Shown piece by piece: positions 25,912-39,528 of a stretch of 64,000 nucleotides of DNA (position 1 is its first letter; the number at the start of each line of letters is the position of its first letter). The position numbers and the translations under genes were made by a program. Origin of the DNA: Folioceros fuciformis. Taxonomy: Eukaryota. Location: NCBI GenBank assembly GCA_049999805.1, contig JBNGIO010006406.1:161129-225128 (forward strand). Direction: 5' to 3'. Under the pieces are notes generated by a model. That model was not told where the DNA came from. It did no database searches and saw nothing but the letters and a program-made list of their open reading frames with translations.

Positions 25912-26651
25912 AGTTTGGGACAACCATCCTGCCCTTCCCTGTCTGAAGCTCCTCGGAGGTGCGGATGAGATTGCTCACTGAAGGCGCATTGTAGGTGCGG
26001 AGGAAACGAAGGAGAGTTGTTATCTGATACACTTGCGGCCATGATAGGTTTCTAGATGAATGTGTCTCCCTGCACTTTGTTTCAATTCTACGCAACCCCT
26101 TTACACCCACTGCACTGTATGCACCATTTCCAGTGGAAACAGTCCCTCTGGAGAATTCTCTCCCGGGACGCCAGCAGGGTTGTCGTACAAGAAGGTGGAA
26201 AATCCACCTCCGGCACCATCCTCCTCAGCACCCTCCGCAATGGCCTATAGCTTCCGTTTTCGAACACATGTGGGGATTGTGTGGCCTCTACACATCTGCT
26301 TTGCCCTTAGCAAACTCACATCGAAGGGTATGATTTCCAACGGCACAAGAGCAGGGCCTCGTCTTGCCATGCTCGGGTTTCGCGGACTCTCAGGAACGGC
26401 TGTTATGGCTAATCGATGCATGTTTTATACGCATGCAAGTCCTGGATGATGCATCCCATCGCACCAGGGTTTTCGAGTCTCGAGTGTCCAGGAACACAGG
26501 CTCAGCAGTTCGTCTGCCTGTGTGACGTATGGACATACATATTTCCCTTTAATTCCTCTCACCTTATGTTATCGGGGCAGAAGGCTCGGAGAGTTGGTTT
26601 GGTGTCTAGGTTTGGCTCCTCGTCGCTGGAGGGCGCGAGCACAGATCCTGG

Positions 26652-28553
26652 ATGGCGATGTCGATGCCGAGGATGAGGGCTCGCGGCACTGCGACGCTGT
26701 GCCTCGCGCTTGTGCTGGTCGCTTCTGCCCTCACAGCAGCTCAGGTTCCCATGCACCTCCCTCCTGTGGCATTTTCGGAAGCGGGATCTCTGGCGTTCTC
26801 TGTCTGTTCTTGCCTGCTGCGAGGAGACTTAATCCGTGAGCTGCTCCGGGGAAAGTCCGAATGTCGGTTTTCTTGACCTCGTGTTTGTTGACATTGTTTG
26901 AGCCTGGTTTCTTGGCTGATGAAACGTTTTACGCCTCCTTGTTCTGGAAGCTGCTTTTTTGAGGCCATCTCCGTAGACGGTGCAGCAGTAGTTTGAGTAC
27001 TAAGCGGAGACGACGATTGCTAGAAAGCATGACCGAATTGCAAGTAAACGATGGGAAAACTGTCACGCGCTTGAAGGATTGCACCGCATGATTTCATGTG
27101 GGAGCTTGCGTGTATCTGCCATGCTGCCTTGGATGTGCTGCGGCTTGGCACTCGAGGTGGCACTGCTGGAATGTTCTGTGCGGCGTCGTCAGCTGATCTG
27201 ATTCTCTGCTGTATTTATGTGGTGATGATGTCCAGGTACTTGTAAGTTCATGGATTTGCAATGGTTTTGCAGGCTAAGAGTAAGGAAAGTCTGGAGGAGA
27301 TTACTCATAAAGTCTTCTTTGATATTGACATCGATGGCACAAGGGCTGGTGTGTTCTTCTCGTCCTATCATGGCGCAAGCTTTAATTTGAGTGTTATTCG
27401 ACAATGTTGGTAACCTGGGTGAGTCTTTGGCTTTGCAGGGCGGGTGGAAATTGGGCTCTTTGGCAAAGCTGTCCCCAAGACAGTGGGTCTGTTCTGAGTC
27501 CTTCACGTTTCAGTGACGAATAAGTTTTTTTTTTTTTTTGGTGCACTCGTTGTTTGATGTCGACTTATTCTTATCAATCGTGTCTGTGCTTCTTTCCTGT
27601 GCAGAAAATTTCCGTGCCTTGTGCACAGGTGCGAGTCACTGAATCCGTGAGACTTCGTGCAAAATGCTGTCATCCTATTTCTTTTGGCTGACTGGGAATT
27701 ATGCTTCTGTAGGTGAGAAAGGGAAAGGGTTGATGGGCAAGAACCTGCATTTCAAGGGGAGCGTGTTCCACCGAATTATCCCGAGTTTCATGATCCAAGG
27801 TGGTGATATCACACATGGGAACGGCCGAGGTGGAGAGTCGATCTTCGGCGAGAAGTTTGCTGATGAGAACTTCAAGCTGAAGCATACTGGAGCAGGTATT
27901 GATTTCTCGTCCTGACTGTGCCGTCTTCCAGCTCCTGCGGTTAGCCCGTCCTCAGATTGGACCCGCCTATTTTGTGCAGGTATTTTGTCCATGGCAAACG
28001 CGGGACCCAACACCAATGGATCGCAGTTCTTCATCACTACAGTCAAGACTAGCTGGTGAGTAAGGACTGCACCCGACCAACTCCCGCACAGCAGTCAGTC
28101 TCATGGTCCGTCCGAGTGTAGGGAGAGGGGTCTGAATGCAGTACGCATTTTCAGAGGTCGAGTCAGCCGAAGATGATCGTACTTTCCACTTTTACAGGTT
28201 AGATGGGCAACATGTTGTCTTTGGGAAGGTCACGAGCGGTATGGATTTTGTTTACATGGCCGAGGGGGCCGGCAGTCTGAGTGGACACCCCAGAAAGACT
28301 GTCAAAATTGTTAAGTCCGGGGAGATCCCTCGTAGCAAGTGGAGACGTAGCAGGCCTGGCCTGATGTCCGTGTGAGTCGGTGACATCTCTGTTCTGTTGT
28401 ATGTCCGCTTGAAGGTTGGATGGAAAGCATGTGGTGTTCGGGAAGGTTATCGGCGGCATGGACGTTGTGTACAAAGTGGAGGCGGAGGGCACCCAGGGCG
28501 GAACTCCAAGAAAGACCATCTCCATCGCCGACAGCGGTGAAATACCTCTGTAG
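26652..28553 (+). CDS. Secretory-pathway cyclophilin (PPIase) with signal peptide; 6 shared exons plus two alternative last exons (28198-28375 and 28415-28553)
   Basis: Signal peptide [93 protein letters not shown]; then two separate LDGxHVVFGKV exons. Confidence 0.95.
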
Positions 28554-29462
28554 AAGGGCGATGAATTGGTTTTTTTTAATTCGGACCAATGTCTGCTTGG
28601 GACCCAATGACTGTCCCACATCCTTCTTCCCGTTAAAATATTACTCAAAACTAAACTGTCCCCTTGCCTGGTGGCGGGAGCTTGTCTCGTGGCTTTCGCT
28701 CCAAATCGATTTCCTCCTGGAGGTGTGTACCATGATCCCTCTTTGGCGCCGCAACAGAACTTGCCTTAAATAGAAATTGAAGTCGATGATCCTCGCGCTG
28801 CAGCTGGTTCCGGCAGCCTGATCCGCGGAGCAACAGCTGCTACCATTGCTACTCTCGCCGTGGCGCCAGGCTCGTGAGGCTGATGTCGGTCAAGCCTGTT
28901 CTCCTTGCACCGTTCCGACTGTAGGGATCTGGAGGCGGGAACAAAGATTCCACACGAGTCAATACATTTGAGCAAAGCAGAGGATGGTCTGGAAACGAGA
29001 TTTGTGGAAAAGTTGTCTTGCGTTCGTCAGCAATTTTGTGCGCTAGAGTCTCTGTGGAGGAGTTACGTGACCCTGTAGGGCGGCCGGGGTAGAGATCTTC
29101 AAGCTGAGGAAGCACCGAAAACGGGCGCAGATCCATGTCGGAACATAAATTTCCCCGGCTTAGATTTTCGGCCACAGGTGGAGGATTTGTTTGAGCTCAG
29201 GATATTGCTGTATGGAATATTGTTGTTCCAGGAGGTTGATATCGATCTCTAATCCTGAACCGGAAGATTGGCAGCAGCGTTATGACGCTCGAACTGGATT
29301 GTCTTCACAGGTCGGCGTCTTGCAATTTTTACCGGCAGAGACAGGAACAAGGCCAGGCTATGGTACTTGAGGAATTGCAACACTTAGAAATTGGCTCAAG
29401 GCCTTCGGGTACAGTAGGAGAGGACGCTGGTTCACAGCTTGCCCCGCTCACTGCAACCTCAG

Positions 29463-32400
29463 ATGCAGCTTTCTGCCATCGGGGCCTTGGCCCCTGTGGT
29501 GCTTCTATGCGGTTAGTACCCGCTTCTGAGTAATTATTCTCTAACGTTGCTACTAGAAGAACTGCTCGTAACGTTGCGTCATTCAAGCTCATGCTGGCAT
29601 TACATGCTAGAACGACTGTCGATCAAGATAATTGTGTGCGGTCGTTGTGCACTGATGTCGTTCCCGATTTCGTGCCAGCTTCATTCTCGGGTTGGAGTTT
29701 GCTCTCATTTCTGTTTCTTCTAGCCTTTCTGGTTGTGCAATACAAGTCCCAGCAAGGTATGTTGAAAGCTACGTTACTCTGCTTGGCAGCATCTTAGTTT
29801 GGTTGTGGTGCACTGGAAGTTTTTGTACTCTGATGTCTGTGTGGGTCCTCATGTGCTTTGTGTGTTTCTCAGGCCTATATGCAAGGCCAAGACCCCTCCT
29901 TTGGATGTCAGTGGTGCTCCTAGCAACTGCTGTGATTGTCGCCGAAGGCATTACTGAACTTGCGTGGGCTGTATTTGGGGACACGTTGAGTTTTCTGGAC
30001 TCCCCGTGGTTGAAGATCATTGGGTTTTCCAGGTGTGTGGGCGACCTCCTCCGGGTGTGCTTCTTAAATTATGATATCACTTGTGGCCAGGAGCGCTCCT
30101 CAGCTAAAAAAGTTCTTGGTACCTGGCACATACATCATGGTTACTGCTTGCTGTTTTGCAGGCTAAATCCCTGGGAGAGCAGCTCTGGAGTATTCCTGGC
30201 ACTTCTTCCGCAGATTGCTGTAGCTGTGACAGCTGCATTTGCTCTTTACCACGAGCAGTACCTAAGTCATCGTTCTTATGATTCACGATGGGGTGAGTTT
30301 TTTTTTATGCTATCGATGTAGGTCTCCAGGGAGACTCGGCCGTCTCATTGTTACCCTGAATCTATTTAATCCGTCTCCCTGTTCCATTCCCTGCCTGCTC
30401 TAAAGAAACTAGTGTGATTGAGCTCTGTTCAAACCCAGCCTTAGGTTGGAGGCTCGATTTATCAACTTCCCGTCTTGTGCTGTTCTGCTCGGTACTGCTA
30501 GACTGGCTGACGCTTCGTCCTTTGTCCAGCAGATGACAATGTTCTCCTATTCAGGACGACCTTGAGGAATTTTGTGCTCCCAGCGATCCTGGTTCTGGCC
30601 GGTGCTGTTCGGCCGTCATGGATCTCGCTCCCATATTTCATTTTCAGCTGTGTGGGGCTTCTGCACTGGTCTACTACCTGCAGTGCTAGTGGTCTTGCCT
30701 GGTACGCCACTTGTATGTTGCAAAAACTGCTGCTCTTTTCACTCTGGTTTTAGGGTGCAAACTTGACTTTCTAAGACGGGAAGTGTAGGGGATGGATGCC
30801 TTTACTCTATTTCACGGGGATGCACATCATGCTTCTGTACCTCCATCAAGTCCCTCTACCTTTGCCAGACAGTATCTATGATGCTGAGGAGTATTTGGGC
30901 CTCTTCAGAATTGCTGACATGGGGTGGCCAGAGGGATTCCAGGTCTTCTCTCTGTTAGCGTTGTATATCCTGGTACACACTCCACTGCCTTCCAACCATA
31001 TAATCATGGATTTGACTTTGTTTGGAATGACAGTCTTTCTTCCGTTGATCTTATTGCGGTGATTTATGTTGACCCCTATTTCTCTTGCTCCTGGCAGCTG
31101 TGCGTTGCTGTAAGTGACTTTCAACAACCACGTCAACAAAGTTCAGCTAGTTCCCTCACGGACAGCCTGCTTCCATCGCACATGCCAAACATCCAGGGAG
31201 ACCCAATGTAATGGTCAGATCTCAACTCCTGCAAGGCTTCCGTGAACTGCGCTTGGTCCAAAGCCGGTGATGCTTGGTCGTGGATGTCAGGGCTTGAGGT
31301 CTGCCTTGAGTCTGTCTGTCTGTCTCCAAAGACTGCGTATAGTTGGTCAGGTCTTTCAGAGATGAAAGGGTTGCTGTGGTATGTAAGTGCTTCTGTCCTC
31401 TGCTTGAGGATGCTTACTTACGTTGTCACACAGACCGTCAAGACGTTGGGCAGTGGAGCAAAGAAGGCTAGCAGCGTTTCATCATGCGACCATCAACTTT
31501 TTCACCTATGGCTTTCCTGTGAGCCTACTACCGTTATGCCCTCCTCTACTTCATTTGGATGGTATTAAATACTTTCAGACTGAATGGCTTGCCTGTCCCC
31601 AGATTTGTCTTGTGGCGCTGATATTTTGGAGCTTTGCTTATGCAAGCCTTTGTGCATTTGGGCTTCTTCTCTATGTGGGCTACATATTTTATGCCTTCCC
31701 ATCAATCCATTGCCTGAGGCGATTGAATCCTGTGTTACTGGGTTTCATTCTATGTTGGACTCTGTGTACATTTCTCTTCAACGCAGCCTTTGACATTGTT
31801 CCCGACGTGGTAAGTTGCATGTTCTATCTGTGATCCTCTGTGGTCTTGCTCGTTCAAGAGTGTCTGATACTGTTCCACCCACAAACACTCTGGGTTGTTT
31901 GATTAGCCGGACCATCTTGTGAGCAGGGTACCAAAATTTGGAGTACAGTTGGGCTATGGCACTATGCTCATGCAGGACTATTTGTTCTCGCACAATTTAC
32001 ACTGAGTGTGCTGATCGGAACTGACATTTTTGTTAGTAACAGCATCCTCAAGAACTTGAATGACGCAGAAATTGCTCAAAATGATGACCCGGCAGCACTG
32101 GAAGAAGGTGAATACTGTGTGTTTCGTACTCTGCAAAACACTTCAAAATGGCTTATGCTGTGGCACAAGCTTGCCAATAAGTGTTCTGTACAACAAATCC
32201 ATGTTGCAATTGTTCTCTCATTGACCAGTGCAAATGTTCTATGTTTCAGACCGGCAAGACATTACAGTACTGATTTTGGCTGTATTTGCATGGTGTCTGC
32301 ATAAAAGTGCTCACATAATCTCGCTGGTTCTCCTATTTGTTGTTGGGATGAAAAGTGGGCTTCTTCATGCAATTTACAGTAAGTCTCTGCTGACAGTATG

Positions 32401-35400
32401 GACTCCGTTGATAACTGGAAGTGAAGGATCCCTTCACTATCCTGTATCAGAGTAGAAATATGACAACTTTGGTTTACAGCTTGGCTGAGCTTATCTTTGT
32501 TTCTCGTGATATCGAGTAAAGTTTCGAAATTGTTGTGTCCACAGTGATTTTCTTTATGATTTATCTAGTCAGCTCGTCTGTGGTACGAAAGACCCGACAG
32601 CAGCTGATTTTCTTGTGCGAAATTCACTTTGCCACTCTTTATCTGCTCAAGCTGGAGTGGGTATATAAAGCAGTTGAGAGCCAGGAGGTATATTTGAAGC
32701 CAATATTGTCACAACTTGGTAGGTCCACTACACATTTCTTGGTCACCCTGTGATAGATTTCTCTCCGTATGTGCTTGGTTTGACCTGCGGATCATGTCTA
32801 ATTCTTGGCAGGTCTTTGGACTGAAGCCACGGTGGAAGACTTTGGCAGCATTGCCTTGTTATTAATCTTTACTGCAGTGCAGAATCATGGACTGAGAGTG
32901 TTGAGCTCGTTGTCGGCTACTGTTCAACAGAGCCCTCAGTCCCCTCTTGGACTGGGCATCTTAAAGTACGGAAATAGTGGTTCATTTCTCTTGTATGTGT
33001 ATGCAACACATAACGTTGGTGATTTACATCAAGAGAGTAATCATGGTAAGAGTTGATTTGTCTGATGAGTACTGCAGCATTGGTCTGGTTTGAGACTCAG
33101 TCATGGTCTTGTTCTGGTGCTTCATGTAGCTTTTAAGTACAGCGTATATCCGAAAACCAGGTCTGTGAACTAGCACTGACACTTATGTAAACTTTGTTAT
33201 TGGCTGATCCAGTGCACTGGGTAACGAGGCAGCTAGCAGCTATTGCAGAGACTGTGCGTGCAACGTATCGGTCTATTGGGACTTATATCGTCTATGCAAC
33301 AGTTCTGTTCGTGGTATACAGCGTCAAACCAAATTACGTTGCATTGGGATATCTTTGTCTTCTGCTGTTTTGGATAATTGGTAGGCAATTTCGTGGGAGG
33401 ACGGATGCTGCCCTTTGGCTTCCGATGATGCTGTTTGCAGGCGGTGTGTTTGTTCTCCGCTATGTACTGACTGCCTTTCCAGATCTTCAAAAGTGGCTGT
33501 CACAATGGGTTGCTCTTTTGGAGGGGCTAGGCTTTGACCCGAATGCATCCCTTGTTGAGCACTTGTGGGATTCATTGGCCATACTGTGTGTGATGCAACT
33601 GTACCGATATGAACGCATCCAGGAAGCTCTCCATCTGGAGGAACAGGATGGCATTGGTGACTATGTCAATCATGCCCATGGTTACGTTGGATTCTTGAAA
33701 AGGCTTCTGATTTTGCACAGTGGCAAGTTGTTATCTATTGCAGTATTCTATGCCTCTATTACCCCTGTCAGTGCTACTGGGTTCTTGTATCTCATCATGC
33801 TATTGATTACATGCAACATGTCAAAGAGTTCCCGAACCCCGGCACAATTGTTTGCTATCTATACTGGTTTACTGATTGCCTGTGAGTACCTGTTTCAGAT
33901 GTGGGGCAGTGAATTCGGAATGCTTCCTACTCAATCCCACGGGAAGTTTGCAGCTTGGCTAGGGTTCCAGCCATATGAGAAAGGATTCTGGGGAATTGAG
34001 ATGGGTTTGAGAAGCAAAGCGCTAGTATTGGTGGCCTGTATCATACAATATTGTACATTGGGCTGGCTGAATCACCTGCCAGACTCCCTGCGAGTTGACG
34101 AACCGTATGAGGAGCCATGTCTGCTATTCCTGCCCTATCCTCGAAGAGGTAAAATTGTCACCCAGGCATCAGGAGTTACTGAACCCTTGCTCAGAACTTT
34201 GGTTGATGACAATGTGCGTAAGTCTGAGTGCCGCCCAGAGCCTGCAACACCTGAACCATTGAGCCTAAACGTAGGAAGGAGTCACTTCGTATCTGTTGGA
34301 ACTTCCGAGGTGAGCAAGAAGGAAGCAAGAAACGACTCAGCTGGGACTCCTGACCGGTATTCTGTGAGCTCTCCATGGGGAAGCTCTAGAGAGAGCCGCA
34401 AGTGGACTAAGAGGGCTATGCTTCTGCTTAAGCAGGAGAGATATGAAGCACAGTGGAGGACCCTGAAAATATATCTCAAGCATGCTATTGAGCATTTTTG
34501 CCAGCTCTATGGTCTTGAGTTTACAATGCTTGTGTTGTTGGTTGCAAGTTTTGCAGTGCTTAACGTGATCTCCCTGTGCTACGTCCTTCTACTGGGACTG
34601 TGTATCATCCTGAAGCGACAAACTCTTCGTGCAATCTGGCCATTCTTCGTTCTGTTATTTGCCTGTATACTGATCACAGAGTATGTGGTACTGGGAGGAG
34701 CCCCACCAGCATGGAACATTCCACCATCCTTGGATGACACTAAGACTTGTGTGAACTGTTGGAAGACATGGCTTGGTAATTGTTTTTCTTGAAGCTGTTT
34801 TCTGAGCTTATCTTATCTGATGCCATACTTCGTGGGCTCTTGAGTAGGACAATTGCTCAATGAAGTTGACCTGGCTTGTGATTGCAGGTCTCACTGTGGA
34901 TGATCGACAAATGCTTGTCGCTCATTTCTTGGTTTTCATCGTTAGTTGCTTCCAGCTGCGAGCCAATTTGTCCGCAGGAGGTCTGGATATGAGATCGGTC
35001 CAGGCAACCGTCATCCCTGCGAGTGACAGATTAGCGTGGAAAGAGATTTCCTATGAAACGACTGGTCAGTGGACATGGCTGGATCATCTCCGTTTCTTTT
35101 ACTATCGGCATTTACTTCATGTCGTGCTCTTCCTGGTTTTTGTAACTGGGACTCTGCAGTATGATATTCTTCATTTAGGTTACCTGGCCTTTTCGCTAGT
35201 ATTTTTTCGAATGAGGAGCACAATTATGGCAGAGCGGGACCGTATATTTCGCTTCTTGCGGATATATAACTTTGTTCTTATTGTTGCATCACTGACCTAC
35301 CAGGCACCATGCTTTCCTGAAATTCATGAGAAGTGTACAATGCCGACCTGCTTGTATTACTTGGTGGGTTTCGTAAAGTATGACTATGGGCTCAAGGTTA

Positions 35401-38400
35401 CTGCGAGGTCTGCTTTGGTGGATATCACCATTTTTTGCCTTGTAGGCCTTCAGGCCCATGTGTTTCGGTCACATGAATTTGAGCAAGTATTAAGATACCT
35501 TGAAGCCCAGCAAGTTGATGCAAGAGCTCATGCACATGAAGATAAGGCTGCATGGAAAAAGGAACAGCTTCAACGCATTCGGGAGACAGAGGAGCGAAAC
35601 CAGCGACGTCGAGCTCAAGTGGATAAAATCAAAACAGACATGCTTCATCTTCAAGTAAGGCTGGACGTCTTAAACTCTGTTGGCAGATTTTCTGATGTCT
35701 CGTCTCCAATGATTGAGCTTGCAGACCGCAAGCGACATGACCCTTCATATCCGTCAACTTCTGAACCTATCAAACCTGATCTTAACACTCCAAGAGGTCT
35801 GGAGCGGATAACAGAGAGACAATCTTCAACAGGGCAAGTGTATGATAGAGAATCTCCACCTTATAGGTCTCAGGGAGTTGAGGCTAACGAGGGGGACTTT
35901 CCTGTTATCAGAAAGAGAAGAATTGCTCGTATTCGCGAGGAAGAGAGTACAGGTGACTTGCCCAGCACAGCCAAAATGGACCGGGCAAAGAATGCTTTTA
36001 CAGGTACAGCTTTCAGTACAACCTCAGATCATCTTAGTTCCAGCAATTCTGAATTGGATGGCACCTCAAGAAGCCCTACTGTAACGAGATTGAGTAGCCC
36101 AAGGAGGAGGGAGGAGAGTCACCAAAAGCAGGCCCTGCTGTCAGGTGTGCAATTGATTGGGGATGCTGTTGCCCAGATCCCCGCCTATGGGAGCAAGGGA
36201 ATTGCAAATCTTGTGGATTATTTGAACCTTGAGACGAATGACTCTGATGAAACGTCCAGCTCCTCAACTGAGGATGAAGGAAGATCTGACAAGCATGATA
36301 GACAGGAAATTCAGGCGGTCTCGAGCTTTGAGGAAGCAAAACTGTCTGATGGATCGGCACAAGGCAGAAATAGTACAACACCCAGCACATGGCATCGTCT
36401 CTTCGTACTGTGGCTGTATTTCTGGTCCCAGATAAACTCGAACACTGACGTTGTGTGCTACTTCTTCTTTGTGCTTGTATACGTCTGGAATTTTAGCCTT
36501 CTGACCCTTGTATTCCCGGCTGCACTTTTCCTATATGCTTTGCTCGCCAATCCTGGTCCCAGTCAGTATTTTTGGTTGGCCATGCTTATTTATACGGAGT
36601 TGAACATTCTCGTTCAGTATTTTGCCCAGATATATGCGAACCACTTTGACGAACAGGTTATGCCGTTGTGGGTCCAGAAGCTGGGAATCTCACCAACCAG
36701 GCAAAACTCTTTTGTAGTGAGTGTTTTCCCTCTGTTTCTGGTATATCTTGCAACTTTGGTGCAAAGCTCTATCAAGGCAAGAGATGGTGAATGGATGGTG
36801 GTGAATGAAAATGGTGCCTTCTCCTCTGGAAGGCGCCTGCATGATCCCGAGCTGGAGCTGGAATATGTGGAAAGGCTTTCGATGTGGGAAAGACTTGCCA
36901 GTTGCTGGACAGGGGTGAGAGAGAGTTTTTTTGCGCTTGGCAGGGGTCTATTGCGTTATTGGCTATCTCTTATTCACGGATCAGAAGCTCCTCCACATTT
37001 TGTCCAGGTGTCCATGAACGTGAAGAAGTGGCCAGAGTACGGCATTCAGCCCGAGAGAATTGAATCAGGTTTCAACAGACTCTTGGCTGCTCTGCGGAAA
37101 TTGGGAACAGATTTGAGTCTAGAAGAAGTTTCCTCACACAAGAACTGTGTAAGCAGAGTGCGTGTCGAAAGCATTGAAAGTAAGCCTGACAACCCAATGA
37201 CAGCTCTGGCTATCCTAGAGGTCATCTATGCGGCACCTCCAAAGGGTTCAACAGCTCCTGCTCACTATCAGTCACTGACCCCTGCAGCCGATGTTGCCTT
37301 TGAGTTGCAAAGGGCCAAAGATGAAGGTTTAGAAGAGGAAACTGCGTTCCCACATGAAATTTTATCCGTTGTTGCTGGTGGCAAGCGAGAGGTCGATCTA
37401 TACGCCTACATCTTTGGAACAGACTTGATCACGTTTCTCTATGTTGCTTTGCTTTACCAGTCTGCTGTAAAGAACAATCCAGAATTTTTCAATGTCTACC
37501 AGTCGGTTGATCAGTTTCCTAAGGAGTTTGTATTCGTGCTCATGGTTAGTATTTTAAAGAAGTTTTGTTGATATTGGGAGCTCAGACTACTTGGCACAAA
37601 GTTCTCACTGCTTTTGGTGTTGTTGGTTGTGGATGCAGACTCTTTTTTTCATGATTGTGGTGGACAGAGTTGTGTACCTCTGGTCTTTTGCACTTGGAAA
37701 GGTCTTGTTCTACCTTTTCAGCCTGGGGCTGTACACAATATATGTCACTGACTTTGTTTGGGGAATCGACCCATCAGGAAATGATGACTGGTTCATGCCA
37801 CTGCTTCCATTACGTGGCTTTTATCTGATGAAAGCTCTGTCATTGTCTTTTCAAGCCCTGCAAATCAAGTATGGTCTGCCACAGAAGAGCGCTCTGTATG
37901 GGCAGTTCTTCACGAGGAGTATCAATCAGCTCAGCTGGTTTGGGTTCCGCGTTTACAGAGCAGTGCCCTTCTTGTTTGAGCTACGATGTGTGCTGGATTG
38001 GTCATGTACAACGACAGCACTGACTATGTATGATTGGTTGAAGGTATGTTCGAAAGCTGTGAATTTTGCTTCTGCTCGAGAATGCAACAAAGTAAGTAAC
38101 TGCTAACTGCCTAGAGCATGTGACTTGGCTGCAGTTGGAGGACATCTATGCTAGTCTTTTCTTGGTGCAGTGTGACATAAAAATCGTTCGGCAACCACAT
38201 TGTTTAGGGCAAAGGCAGGGAATGAGGATCAAATTTTTAAGTGGTGTTCTGGTTTTCTCCTTCCTCATATGTGTGATATGGGCACCGATGCTGGTATGTC
38301 CTCTGAGGGGCCTGGATCTGTTGTCGTGGAAGTGCCCTTTTCCCTGCCTCTAACGATAGAATTGTTTGGTAGCTTGCTTGTTCTCAAGTCGCAGTGCTGT

Positions 38401-39528
38401 TGGATGTGCAGATTTACAGCAGCGGCAATCCGACTAACGGAGTGAATGCCATCTACGATACCCGCATACATCTTGAAGTGAGGACCACCGGTGGGAGGTT
38501 TACCCTGTATGAAACAGGGCTTTGCCAAATACCCTTTATGGAAGACGTGCTTCAAAAAGGATGGCAACCCTTCAGTAGCGATGCTCTGGTTGGGTACGAG
38601 ATGCAAGATGTGCAGCTTCTCTGCTGTGGTGCTGACTCTGATTTTCTCTGGGCTGTGCCTGCCCCGTCACTTAGCAACATGATGGAGAGCATAGATGATG
38701 AGTTTGAGCTTATCGCCTGGTGGGAGTTCACAAGAAACAGACCAAAGTCAAAGGAAATTGCAGTCTACTCATCACTGCTGTCGGACCCGCTTATCTTTTC
38801 AGATGAAGAGACAGTTACCGGCCTGAAAGAGACCTTGAAGGGGAATAGGAATTCCCTCTACATCAACGCTACTTTTCCGAAGTACCTACGAATACCTGCC
38901 TCCGGTGAAGTTCATGATTTACTGGATGGTGTTGTTATTTCGGAGACAATCAGTGGCAATCTTAGTCTTGTCCGTTCGGATGGTTATTCGTGGTGGTCAT
39001 TCATCCGGAGTAACGTTAGTCAGGAGGATGGGTGTGGCAATATTCGAGGCCCATTAGCAATTGCAGTATCTGAGGAGGTTCCAAGTAAGTTCTCGATTGA
39101 TTTGTTGCCTTGCAGGATGGGAACAGATTCTGCGTATTGACAAATGCTTGTCTTGCGCAGCGGGTATATTTGGAGACACGCTGAGCCGATTCAGTATCTG
39201 GAGCTTGTACATTACCTTTGTCCTAGCTGTCGGTCGCTTCATCAGACTTCAGTGTGCAGACATCAGAATGAGGATCCCCTACGAAAACTTTCCAGCTTGT
39301 GACAGGTGCCCACACGTTTCCTACTCCCATCAAACCTATCTTGCACCAAGTCCCCCGGCCCTGACTGAAGATCCCTTTTGTCGCTCTTGCAGATTGGTTG
39401 CGATTTGCGAGGACATTTATGCGGCCCGAGCACAGGGCGAGCTAGCCTTAGAAGAGGGACTGTTCTGGACGCTGATCAATATTTACAGATCACCCCATGT
39501 TCTAATGGAGTATACAAAAGCTGACTAG
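29463..39528 (+). CDS. PIEZO: PIEZO mechanosensitive channel, many exons
   Basis: Predicted start MQLSAIGALAPVVLLCA|SFSGWSLLSFLFLL and a very long multi-TM ORF set. The C-terminal PIEZO core reads YRAVPFLFELRCVLDWSCTTTALTMYDWLK|LEDIYASLF, IWAPML|IYSSGNP, SIWSLYITFVLAVGRFIR, AICEDIYAARAQGEL, YRSPHVLMEYTK; stop 39528. Confidence 0.96.
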
